Below are positions 55,818 through 64,000 of a stretch of DNA of 64,000 nt, piece after piece; the stretch's first letter is position 1; each line of letters starts with the position of its first letter. The stretch is taken from the NCBI GenBank assembly GCA_965140365.1, contig OZ223196.1; one strand, written 5' to 3'. The translations under genes were made by a program, and so were the position numbers. Below the pieces are notes generated by a model. It was not told where the DNA came from, searched no databases, and saw only the letters and a program-made list of their open reading frames with translations. This DNA comes from Hydrogenovibrio sp. GTDB lineage: Bacteria; Pseudomonadota; Gammaproteobacteria; Thiomicrospirales; Thiomicrospiraceae.

Positions 55818-57088
55818 GAGAACGCGATGACATGACTTTTCCTTTTTCGGAGTACGAGCGCCGGATTCATGAATTGAGACAGCGGATGGAAAAACGCCTG
55901 CTGGATGCGGTGATTATTTCCGATCCTGAAAATCTGATGTATTTGACCGATTACCAAACCACCGGTTATTCCTTTTTCCAAGCGCTGGTGGTGCCGTTGG
56001 AATCGGAACCCTTTATGGTGACACGTAAATTGGAGGAATCCAACGTCATCGCACGGACTTGGGTGGAAATTACCCGACCCTATCCCGACACCGGCGATGC
56101 GATTCAGATGCTGATTTCGGCCTTGGTTGAATTCGGGTTGGCGGGCAAATCCATCGGTTACGAACGAAATTCCTATTTCTTCCCCGCCTATCATCAGGAT
56201 ACCTTTCACACCACCTTTACCAAAAGTCGCTTAATGGACTGTTTTGGTATTGTCGAGCAAGGACGGGTGTGCAAATCCAGTTATGAACTGGATGTGATGC
56301 GCAAAGCCGCCTTAGCCACTAAAGCCGGGATGCAAGCCGGAATTGAGGCCTGTGCGCCGGGTGTGACCGAAAACGAAATCGGCGCGGCCATCAGCCAAGG
56401 CATGTTTGCGGCGGGGGGGGAGATTCCGGCGGTCATGCCATACGTCACTTCCGGGCCGCGGACCATGATTGGTCATGCCTCCTGGGAAGGGCGCGAAGTT
56501 CAACCGGGCGAACACGTCTTTATGGAAGTGGCCGGTTCTTACCGACGCTATCACACGGCCATGATGCGCACCGTGATGTGCGGCGATTTGCCGGACAGCA
56601 TGTATAAGGCGCAGGAAATTATGAAAACGGCCTTGTTGCACACCCGCAAAATGCTGCGGCCCGGTATGACGGTGTCGGATGTGGATAACATGATTCGAAA
56701 TATTATTTCCGACAACGAGATCGGTGCCAAGTTGATTACCCGTTCCGGTTACTCCATCGGCATCGCTTTCCCGCCGAGTTGGGATGAAGGCTATATTCTC
56801 AGCCTGTTCCAGGGTGACAGTTCGGTGCTGGAGCCGGGCATGACGTTCCACGTCATTCCATGGATGTGGGGCATCGACGGCGATAAAACCTGCGGGATTT
56901 CCGATACCTTCTACATTACCGAAGACGGCTGCGGGTCTTTCTTTGACGACGTGCCGCAAGATTTCACCGTTAAACCGGACCAGGGCAAAGTGCAGGCCGC
57001 CAATGAAAAGATTCCGGCGCCGCCCGCACCCGTCGGCGGTAAGAAAGATAAAAAAGTCAAAAAACACAAAGCGTCCGGAGACAGCTAA
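55814..57088 (+). CDS. M24-family (creatinase_N + peptidase_M24) hydrolase, ectoine-hydrolase DoeA-like
   Basis: FSEYERRIHELRQRMEKRLLDAVIISDPENLMYLTDY N-domain and a pita-bread-fold C-domain, plus a K-rich tail. It overlaps the transaminase stop by 4 nt. Confidence 0.65.
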   Translation: MRERDDMTFPFSEYERRIHELRQRMEKRLLDAVIISDPENLMYLTDYQTTGYSFFQALVVPLESEPFMVTRKLEESNVIARTWVEITRPYPDTGDAIQMLISALVEFGLAGKSIGYERNSYFFPAYHQDTFHTTFTKSRLMDCFGIVEQGRVCKSSYELDVMRKAALATKAGMQAGIEACAPGVTENEIGAAISQGMFAAGGEIPAVMPYVTSGPRTMIGHASWEGREVQPGEHVFMEVAGSYRRYHTAMMRTVMCGDLPDSMYKAQEIMKTALLHTRKMLRPGMTVSDVDNMIRNIISDNEIGAKLITRSGYSIGIAFPPSWDEGYILSLFQGDSSVLEPGMTFHVIPWMWGIDGDKTCGISDTFYITEDGCGSFFDDVPQDFTVKPDQGKVQAANEKIPAPPAPVGGKKDKKVKKHKASGDS

Positions 57089-57099
57089 GGAGAAGGATT

Positions 57100-58473
57100 A
57101 TGTTTACTGCAACCAACCCGACGACGGGCGAAGTGATTCATCAATACCCAACACACACTTCGGAAGCGGTTTCGACGGCCATTGAAGATGCCCAAGCGGC
57201 TTTCCAGGCCTGGCGAAAAACCCCTTTTGCCGAACGCGCGGCCTTGCTGAATAAAGTGGCCGATTTAATGGCCGAAGACGAAGAACGCCTGGCGCGTTTG
57301 ATGACCGTGGAAATGGGCAAGCCGATTCGCGAAGCCTACGGCGAAGTGCAAAAAGCCGCTTGGTGTGCGCGTCATTATGCCGAGCAGGCCGAAGGCTATC
57401 TCGCGCCTCAAGAGCTGGCGTCGGATGCCAGCTTGAGTTATGTGCAACACTTACCATTGGGGCCTTTGTTGGGGATTTTGCCGTGGAACGCGCCCTTTTG
57501 GTTGGCGTTTCGTTTTTGTGCTCCGGCCTTGATGGCGGGCAACACCTGTTTGATGAAACACGATTCGCATGTCCCGGCCTGCGCCGAGGCCATCGGCGAA
57601 CTGTTCGTCAAGGCGGGCGCGCCGAAAGGGCTGATGCAAAACTTACGATTGCACAACGATCAGGTGGCGCAGGTGATTACCCATCCGGCGGTGCAGGCGG
57701 TGTCTTTGACCGGGTCCAGTTTTGCCGGCAGTCAGGTCGCGTCTTTGGCCGCCCAACACATCAAACCGGCGGTGCTGGAGCTGGGTGGTTCCGACCCGAG
57801 TCTGGTGCTGGCGGACGCCGATATTGAAAAAGCCGCGGAAGTGTTGGCGCTGTCACGCATTATCAATGCCGGACAATCCTGCATCGCCGCCAAACGAATC
57901 ATCGTCGAAGCGCCGGTCTATGAAGCGTTTATCGACGCCTTTCATCAGCATCTCGCCAAATTGAAAATGGGCGACCCGGCCGACGAAAGCACGCAGGTGG
58001 GGCCGATTGCACGGGAAGATTTGCGAGAAGGCTTGCATCGTCAAGTCACCACCACCGTCGAACAGGGCGGGCGCTGTTTATTGGGCGGCGAAATGCCGGT
58101 AGGAAAGGGCTTTTTCTACCCGGTGACTTTATTGGTGGATGTGACGCCGGAAATGCAGGCGTCCTGTGAAGAAACCTTCGGACCGATTGCGGTGGTAATG
58201 AAAGCGGAATCGGAAGCCGACGCGATGCGGATCGCCAACGACACCCAATATGGCTTGGCGGCGTCGATTTGGACGGCGGATGCCGCGAAAGCGCAACGCA
58301 TGGCCTCGGACATCGAGGCCGGGCAAGTGGCAATCAACGGCATTGTGAAAACCGATCCGCGTTTGCCGAGCGGCGGCATCAAGCGTTCCGGTTACGGGCG
58401 CGAGCTGGGGCCGCATGGCATTTTGGAATTCGTCAATGTGCAGCAGGTTTGGGTGGGGCCAGCCAAAACCTAA
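57100..58473 (+). CDS. NAD(P)-dependent aldehyde dehydrogenase (succinate/aspartate-semialdehyde dehydrogenase type)
   Basis: 457 aa with ALDH motifs VLELGGSDP and NAGQSCIAAKR (catalytic Cys), and EETFGPI. Confidence 0.85.
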   Translation: MFTATNPTTGEVIHQYPTHTSEAVSTAIEDAQAAFQAWRKTPFAERAALLNKVADLMAEDEERLARLMTVEMGKPIREAYGEVQKAAWCARHYAEQAEGYLAPQELASDASLSYVQHLPLGPLLGILPWNAPFWLAFRFCAPALMAGNTCLMKHDSHVPACAEAIGELFVKAGAPKGLMQNLRLHNDQVAQVITHPAVQAVSLTGSSFAGSQVASLAAQHIKPAVLELGGSDPSLVLADADIEKAAEVLALSRIINAGQSCIAAKRIIVEAPVYEAFIDAFHQHLAKLKMGDPADESTQVGPIAREDLREGLHRQVTTTVEQGGRCLLGGEMPVGKGFFYPVTLLVDVTPEMQASCEETFGPIAVVMKAESEADAMRIANDTQYGLAASIWTADAAKAQRMASDIEAGQVAINGIVKTDPRLPSGGIKRSGYGRELGPHGILEFVNVQQVWVGPAKT

Positions 58474-58494
58474 AAGGGGCGGATATATTGCGCC

Positions 58495-59694
58495 TTAAAG
58501 TTGATGTTTTTCAAACAGCTTTGGCGCTGTTCGATTCACTAAGGCGGCAAACCCTTGCATCAGACGACGTCGTTTGTTGGGAAGGTGTTCAACGTAAAAG
58601 GCGGTGTATTCGATGTGCGGCTGGCCACCGCGCATGCGTTTGAATTGCGCCGCGCCGGAACTGAGGTTCATCATTTTGCCACTTTCGTAGGTGTGTTTTA
58701 ACAGCACCGCCATCAACAAACGATACAAGCCGAGCGACTTCGGTAAACGGGTGTCGTAGCCGAGAATCGGCGTGGTGATAATGTCGCGTTGCGTGAACAA
58801 TCCGATGGCGGCCACCACTTTCCCGGTGGAATCGCGAAACGTGTGAAAATCCACCAGGCCTGACTTGTGCAGATGGTAAAGAAAGTCGGCACTGAACTGC
58901 GGGTTGTGCATCGAATGCTTGTCGATGAACAGTTGGGTGAAAATCCGTTCGACGTCAGCAAAATCCTCGTATTCCAGTTCGGAGGCCGGTGCGTATTGCA
59001 AGATGGTTTTGCGCAACAGGCGTTGGTCGTTTTTGCAATTGTTGCGCTTCCACCAGTCGGTGTTTTCGTTGTCGAACAGATACACCTGTCGAGCTGGAAT
59101 CAATAACCAGCCTTGGGCTTGCAAACGAGCCATCATATCGCCGTCGGTGCGGGCGTTCAGCGAGCGCAGGCTTATGCTGTGGTCGGGGTAGCGTTGGGTC
59201 AGGTCGGCGACCAGCGTTTGCAAGGTGGCGGTCGACCAATCGGGCACCAGATTGGTGGACACCAGCCAGTTATTCAACGACACCGTTTGGTTGATTCTGG
59301 CCTGTTTCAGTGCCAGGCTGCCCAATCCGATGGCACCTTTCAGAACCGTTTCCAGAAACACATTATTCAGTAAACCCAGTTCATCCCGCGCATAGGAAAT
59401 GTAAGCGGTGTAGGGCGAGCAGACGTAGCTGTTGTCGTATTCTGCTTGGTTGACGGTGACGGGCACCCAATCATCTTCAATCTGTTCCAGCATCAAGCGG
59501 GTGGTGACGTTGCGAATCGCTTGATGCACGCCTCCGGCGGCTTGTACCGCTTCGAGGTAACGATGCGCCGCCGATACGGGGTGGTTAAGGTGTCTGGAAG
59601 GGGTCTGTATTGGGTGACTTGATGGTTCGGTTGAGCGATCAGCCGCGTTTTGTCCGGTAATGAAATCTGTGGGGTATGTCAGGCGATAGGTCAA
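58495..59694 (-). CDS. hypothetical protein, possible FemAB/BioF2-like GNAT-fold acyltransferase
   Basis: The C-terminal half (...VVAAIGLFTQRDIITTPILGYDTRLPKSLGLYRLLMAVLLKHTYESGKMMNLSSGAAQFKRMRGG) resembles the Acetyltransf_6-type pattern. Weak, by eye. Confidence 0.4.
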   Translation of the reverse strand: MTYRLTYPTDFITGQNAADRSTEPSSHPIQTPSRHLNHPVSAAHRYLEAVQAAGGVHQAIRNVTTRLMLEQIEDDWVPVTVNQAEYDNSYVCSPYTAYISYARDELGLLNNVFLETVLKGAIGLGSLALKQARINQTVSLNNWLVSTNLVPDWSTATLQTLVADLTQRYPDHSISLRSLNARTDGDMMARLQAQGWLLIPARQVYLFDNENTDWWKRNNCKNDQRLLRKTILQYAPASELEYEDFADVERIFTQLFIDKHSMHNPQFSADFLYHLHKSGLVDFHTFRDSTGKVVAAIGLFTQRDIITTPILGYDTRLPKSLGLYRLLMAVLLKHTYESGKMMNLSSGAAQFKRMRGGQPHIEYTAFYVEHLPNKRRRLMQGFAALVNRTAPKLFEKHQL

Positions 59695-59717
59695 GGCATC
59701 CGTTCCTTATGGAGTCA

Positions 59718-60974
59718 TTATTCGGCGTGGCGACTGTAAACATGCACCCCGCCGTAGATGGCGGAACGATCCTGGCGTGTCCAGTTTCGGTTGGCATCGT
59801 CGTCCGTCTGCCAAGTAGCCAAAACACTTTCCGGCAACTTATCTTCCAACGGAGAGGTTTCGCCAGCGGTGCGGAACACCACTTTGGCACCCGGCATGGC
59901 GGTGCGATTCACCTCATTCCAGAGTTCCGCCAGTTGGGTTTCGTTCATCCAATCCTGTGCATCCAGGAACAGGTAAGCGTTCAAACTGTTGGCGGGCATG
60001 GCTTTCAGGCGTTCGGTCATGGATTGGTGATGCACCTGAATGCGGTCGATGTTCTGCTTTAAGGCGTTGAAATAGGTTTGCTTAAGATAGCGTGGCACCG
60101 CCTGACGGTGTTTGATGTCGTATTCGCGATTGAAGGCCTGCCAGGCGAAATAGTTGTCTTCCAACGGGAAATCGCAAGCCAGTCGTCGGGCGCGTTCTTT
60201 CAGCAGGTCGTGCATGCCGTGCTGCGCCTGTTTGGATTCCTTGTCCATTTCGTCGAACTGCGCCGGGGGAATGCCCAAGCTGTACATGACCACGGCACGG
60301 TTGCAGAGAAATTTCATCAAACGGGTGTCGAACACCGGTGCGACGTGCTCGTCGAACAAGCGTTGCTGTTCCTCGGGCGTGCGGGCCAGCATGACCTGAC
60401 GGATGTTGTAACCGAGACGTTTGCTGACCCAGTGAATCGACCCGATAAAGCGCCCCAGCAACCCGTGACGGTAAAAGCCGTCGGTGAAGTATTCAATGCG
60501 GCGCGGTCCCCAGAAAGTTTCGCGGCTTTCCCAGTAATCAATGGTTTTGTCGTCGAGATGCGGCTTGATGTGGATTTCATAGGCATCCAGGTTTTTAGTG
60601 CGGTCGGCGCGGCCGAAAAAATCGAAAAAGGATTCGTGGTCCGGCAGGTGTTTCAGGGCGGCTTTTTTCAGTTTGATGAGGGCGATGTGCGCTTCGTTCA
60701 AATCCACCACCGTAATGGCGTTGGGTTCCACCGTCAGGTAATTTAAGGCATTGCAACCACCGGACGAAATGGTGAATATGCGAGAATTTTGGTCCAGTTC
60801 CAGTGCGCGAATATCGACTTCCGGGTCTTCCCAGATTTGCGGATACACCAAGCGGTCGAACCATTTGGTGAACAGGCGGTCGAGAAAGCCTTTGCGGGTG
60901 AACAGGTGGGTGTTGTTGACGGCGGAGTTGAGTAAATCTTTGGTGGCCGGTTGAGTGGTCGCAGGTGTGGTCAT
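59718..60974 (-). CDS. DUF3419 / BtaA-like S-adenosylmethionine:diacylglycerol 3-amino-3-carboxypropyl transferase family
   Basis: FTKWFDRLVYPQIWEDPEVDIRALELDQNSRIFTISSGGCNALNYL is the hallmark N-terminal block of this family. 418 aa. Confidence 0.68.
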   Translation of the reverse strand: MTTPATTQPATKDLLNSAVNNTHLFTRKGFLDRLFTKWFDRLVYPQIWEDPEVDIRALELDQNSRIFTISSGGCNALNYLTVEPNAITVVDLNEAHIALIKLKKAALKHLPDHESFFDFFGRADRTKNLDAYEIHIKPHLDDKTIDYWESRETFWGPRRIEYFTDGFYRHGLLGRFIGSIHWVSKRLGYNIRQVMLARTPEEQQRLFDEHVAPVFDTRLMKFLCNRAVVMYSLGIPPAQFDEMDKESKQAQHGMHDLLKERARRLACDFPLEDNYFAWQAFNREYDIKHRQAVPRYLKQTYFNALKQNIDRIQVHHQSMTERLKAMPANSLNAYLFLDAQDWMNETQLAELWNEVNRTAMPGAKVVFRTAGETSPLEDKLPESVLATWQTDDDANRNWTRQDRSAIYGGVHVYSRHAE

Positions 60975-61266
60975 GGTCTCGTGTGCTCATTTTTTGAATA
61001 TTTCGGCTATGCTAGCCTGAAAAAATGACGCTTGAGTGACCGTAATGTAAAACTTATTTGATGAAAATATGACCGATTTTCAAATGGTTTTAATCCGTTG
61101 TCGGTGTTTTAAAAATGCCCAGGCCTGGCCGTTTTTCAAGGTTCTGGATGGTAAGGTAACTCCTATTTTATTGCATAGTGTGGCGGAACCGCTTTGTTAA
61201 AATTTCATTCAACGGAGCATTAGAATCCGCTTGAATAAAACGAACTTAAGGAGTCGTTGACATTTT

Positions 61267-62373
61267 ATGAAACGCAAACCTTCCCTCTGGCTGACGGCCG
61301 CCTTGTCGATGGCCGCATCAACCGCTTTCGCGTCAGACGCGCAGGACGCATACAGCGCCAGTTTTGAAACCTACGCCAAAGAAGTGCAAGCCTTGCAAGG
61401 CGATCATTCGGCCGATAACGCCATTCAAGCTTACGCTCAAGAAGTGGCCAAAGTTGAAAAGCAGGCCGGTTACATCGGCGATGAATTGCCGATTCCCAAA
61501 GCCACCAAAGTCATGGACGGTGTCTACACGGTGGTGGGCAGCTTTATTTGGGGTACTCCGACCAATTTCGGATTGAACAATAACCTCAGCGCAATCATCT
61601 TCCCGGATGGTGTTTTTGTGTATAACGCCGGGCCGAACGAGGCTGTGGCTTACAGCTTTCATCAGCAAATTAAACGGCTGACCGATAAGCCGGTGAAATG
61701 GCTTGCGGTGGAAAATGACCAAGGTCATGCCTATTTGGGTGCCAGTTATTGGTGGGGTGTGGGCGTGAAAAACCTCTACTCGGAAAAAACCGCCAATGAA
61801 CGGTGGCACGGTAAATTTTCTGGCAATAAAGAACGCTATGCCGCTGGGCGTGGGCGAGCCATTACCGAGCCGGCTTACGATGTCACCGAACATTTCACCA
61901 CTTTTGAAGGCCAAAAAATCGTGGATGTCGGTGGCGGTGAAACCGTGGAATTGATTAATTTCGGTGGTGGTCATACGCCGAGCATGACGGGGATGTATGT
62001 GCCGTCGAAAAATCTGCTGTTTACGGGTGACCTCGGCTTCAACGAGCGCCTGCCGGGACTGCTGCACGACAGTCATTACAAAGACTGGATGGAATCGTTC
62101 GATAAGATGGTGTCGATGGTGCCGGACGATGTGGTGGTGGTGCCCGGTCACGGAACGCCGACTGACCTGGCGACGTTAAAACGCCAAACCTACGATTACT
62201 TTGCGTATCTGGAAGAACAGGTGCGTGCCATTGTCGACGCAGGCGGTTCTCTGGAAGAGGTGGATGCCATCGACCAATCGCAATATCAGGATCGCCCGGT
62301 CTTCGAACAGTTGGCCAAGCCCAATGCCCGTCATATGTATGAAGAGATGATATTGGAAAAATCGAAAAACTGA
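61267..62373 (+). CDS. periplasmic metallo-beta-lactamase-fold protein
   Basis: Signal peptide (LWLTAALSMAASTAFA) and MBL-like blocks (AIIFPDGVFVYNAGP, NDQGHAYLG, FGGGHTPSM, VVPGHG). The canonical HxHxDH is not obvious. Confidence 0.5.
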   Translation: MKRKPSLWLTAALSMAASTAFASDAQDAYSASFETYAKEVQALQGDHSADNAIQAYAQEVAKVEKQAGYIGDELPIPKATKVMDGVYTVVGSFIWGTPTNFGLNNNLSAIIFPDGVFVYNAGPNEAVAYSFHQQIKRLTDKPVKWLAVENDQGHAYLGASYWWGVGVKNLYSEKTANERWHGKFSGNKERYAAGRGRAITEPAYDVTEHFTTFEGQKIVDVGGGETVELINFGGGHTPSMTGMYVPSKNLLFTGDLGFNERLPGLLHDSHYKDWMESFDKMVSMVPDDVVVVPGHGTPTDLATLKRQTYDYFAYLEEQVRAIVDAGGSLEEVDAIDQSQYQDRPVFEQLAKPNARHMYEEMILEKSKN

Positions 62374-62402
62374 ATCGGTTTTCCGGTTTAAAAAAAACAC
62401 TC

Positions 62403-62432
62403 AAAACCGCCAGGCCTGGCGGTTTTTGCGTT
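62403..62432 (+). terminator. Rho-independent terminator
   Basis: aaaaccgccagg|cctggcggtttt followed by tgcgtttt. Confidence 0.78.
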
Positions 62433-62662
62433 TTCAGGGCGCAAAAATTGATGTCGGATAAGTTTTCCGCTTTCCGTGCTTTACCTATGGACGAAAATCC
62501 TTAGCATGACACCAAACCCCCTGAGGAGGCGAAGATGAAACCCGCGACACACGCTCATTTGAAGCCGTACGGCCTGAAACGTTATTGGTTACTTTTCTTC
62601 GCGTGCTTGCTGGTGGCTCGTCCGGCCATTGCCGCCGAAAGCGTGGGCGATTCCGTGGCGAA

Positions 62663-63094
62663 TTACGCCCAGCCAAGCCAGCCCATCAGCCCCAATAAAA
62701 TGGCGTAACGTACGCCTTTTCCCGTCACCACCAATACCGCAAACCAAACGAATTTAACCCGCATCACTCCGGCGACCAAGGTCAAGGCATCGCCAAAAAT
62801 CGGCGCCCACGCCAGCAACAGTGACCAGGTGCCGTAGCGCTGAAACCAATGCTGGGTTTCGGCTAAGGCATCGGGTTTGACCGGAAACCAGCGGCGGTCT
62901 TGAAAATGCAATAAGTAGCGCCCTAAACCGTAATTCACCATAGAGCCCAAACTGTTACCGGCCGTGGCCCATAACCATAGGGTGAAAGGGTCTTTTCCGG
63001 CGGCGGCCAACCCGACCAGCAGCACTTCCGATCCGGCCGGAAATAAGGTCGCGGCCAGAAACGATAAGGCAAAGAGCGATAAATAAGCGTCCAT
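62663..63094 (-). CDS. YqaA/DedA-type (SNARE-associated) membrane protein
   Basis: MDAYLSLFALSFLAATLFPAGSEVLLVGLAAAGKDPFTLWLWATAGNSLGSMVNYGLGRY matches the YqaA-family N-terminal pattern. Confidence 0.68.
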   Translation of the reverse strand: MDAYLSLFALSFLAATLFPAGSEVLLVGLAAAGKDPFTLWLWATAGNSLGSMVNYGLGRYLLHFQDRRWFPVKPDALAETQHWFQRYGTWSLLLAWAPIFGDALTLVAGVMRVKFVWFAVLVVTGKGVRYAILLGLMGWLGWA

Positions 63095-63114
63095 AGAGAG
63101 CGGGCAAGCGGGCT

Positions 63115-64000
63115 CTATTCAAGCAAGGAATCGGAGCTGGAGGCCGGGCTGAGGCGGTAGATTTTGCCCGAATCCGTCGCCACGTACAGGTGGCCTTGGG
63201 GATCTTGTGCCAGGCTGCGGATGCGTTGGTTCAAGTCTTTCAATAAGCGGTGCTCCGCGATGGCTTTGCCTTGCGGGGACAGCACCACCTGGTTCAAATG
63301 TCGCAGCACCAACGAGCCGGCAAACAGGTTGCCGCGCCATTGCGGAAATGTCTCGCCATCGTACAGCAACAGGCTGCTCGGCGCGATGGACGGAATATAG
63401 ACTTTCACCGGTTCAATCATCCCGGCTTGATGCGGCTTGCCGACCGGTTCGTCGCTGCCGTATTCTTTGCCGCGGGAGACAATCGGCCAGCCGTAATTTT
63501 CGCCTTTTTGGATGAGGTTAATTTCATCGCCGCCGCGCGGGCCGTGTTCGATTTCCCAAAGGCGCTGATGTCGGACGTCATAGGCCAAACCCTGCGGGTT
63601 GCGGTGGCCATAACTCCAGATTTCCGGCAAGGTGCCGGCTTGGCCGACAAACGGGTTGTCCTTCGGAATGCCGCCATCGAGTGTCAGGCGCAGAATGGAA
63701 CCGGCGTGGTTGTCTTGTTGTTGTGCTTTATGACGACGCCCGCGGTCGCCGACGCTGAAGAATACGTGGCCGCGGTGGTCAAAAGCGATGCGGCTGCCGA
63801 AATGGATGTTGCGGTAAGATTCGGATTTGGTGACCAGCAAGTCTTCCCAGTCCACCAGTTCGTCACCTTGGATTTTGGCGCGCGCCAACGCCGTGATGGC
63901 GGTGGTCGGCCGGGGCTTGCTGTAAGTAAAATAAATCCAGCCGTTTTGCTTGAAATCGGGCGCGGGTTTGACGTCTAGCAAACCGCCTTGGCCAGTGTCG
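63115..64000 (-). CDS. PQQ-dependent soluble sugar (aldose/sorbosone) dehydrogenase, YliI-like; 5' end outside the window
   Basis: ...GSILRLTLDGGIPKDNPF...EIWSYGHRNPQGLAYD...LWEIEHGPRGGDEINLI..GENYGWP beta-propeller motifs. The frame stays open to the window edge. Confidence 0.8.
   Translation of the reverse strand, partial: DTGQGGLLDVKPAPDFKQNGWIYFTYSKPRPTTAITALARAKIQGDELVDWEDLLVTKSESYRNIHFGSRIAFDHRGHVFFSVGDRGRRHKAQQQDNHAGSILRLTLDGGIPKDNPFVGQAGTLPEIWSYGHRNPQGLAYDVRHQRLWEIEHGPRGGDEINLIQKGENYGWPIVSRGKEYGSDEPVGKPHQAGMIEPVKVYIPSIAPSSLLLYDGETFPQWRGNLFAGSLVLRHLNQVVLSPQGKAIAEHRLLKDLNQRIRSLAQDPQGHLYVATDSGKIYRLSPASSSDSLLE

Noticed and set aside
61100-61140. The hairpin around CCAGGCCTGG, considered as a terminator.
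   Set aside because: It lies between divergently transcribed genes (60974 minus, 61267 plus), so it cannot terminate either. The stem is imperfect. It is counted only as a motif occurrence.
62535-62708. A 57-codon ORF with a GGAGG RBS and signal-peptide-like sequence (MKPATHAHLKPYGLKRYWLLFFACLLVARPAIAA…).
   Set aside because: It overlaps the 3' end of the convergent yqaA-like gene by about 45 nt and has no recognisable homology. It might be a real small secreted peptide, but sequence alone does not support it.
1-64000. tRNA, rRNA or tmRNA genes, particularly next to the island, since many islands target tRNA genes.
   Set aside because: No T-loop (GGTTCGAATCC-like) or rRNA-like sequence appears in any intergenic region. 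The island's attachment site is clearly comM.

Overview
The window has a gammaproteobacterial-type core (topA, argS, an FtsN-like SPOR protein, ubiK-comM, a Lap-type type I secretion and c-di-GMP adhesion module, rep, truD, hisI, and an ectoine/diaminobutyrate-like catabolic cluster). A ~25.1-kb Tn7-like transposon (8863..33973), visibly AT-richer than the flanks, interrupts this core inside comM. Both transposon ends are readable. They show TGT termini, three ~19-bp TnsB-type repeats at each end and a 5-bp target-site duplication (GCTGT). Joining the two comM halves restores a continuous ComM reading frame. The transposition module tnsA-tnsB-tnsC-tniQ sits at the right end. The cargo looks like a defence island. 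It carries a complete Wadjet jetABCD operon with a divergent WYL regulator and twin palindromic operators. It also carries a HAD-PRTase-zinc-ribbon fusion with a frameshifted DprA-like gene, a PanA (Panacea/DUF4065) pair with a possible MazF-like partner, and an orphan wHTH/PD-(D/E)xK protein. Two unassigned operons complete the cargo: orf606+orf104 next to the left end, and a YejK/NA37-like protein with a 3-TM protein. I rate this last pair as the best candidate for an undescribed system. A relic second tniQ cut by an IS3-family remnant suggests the element is a fusion of two tandem comM-targeting transposons. Separately, the 10-mer palindrome CCAGGCCTGG occurs 9 times in the core flanks, in terminators and in coding sequence, and never in the transposon. 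I found no rRNA, tRNA or CRISPR array. All calls rest on reading the ORF translations and the DNA by eye; no database search was possible.
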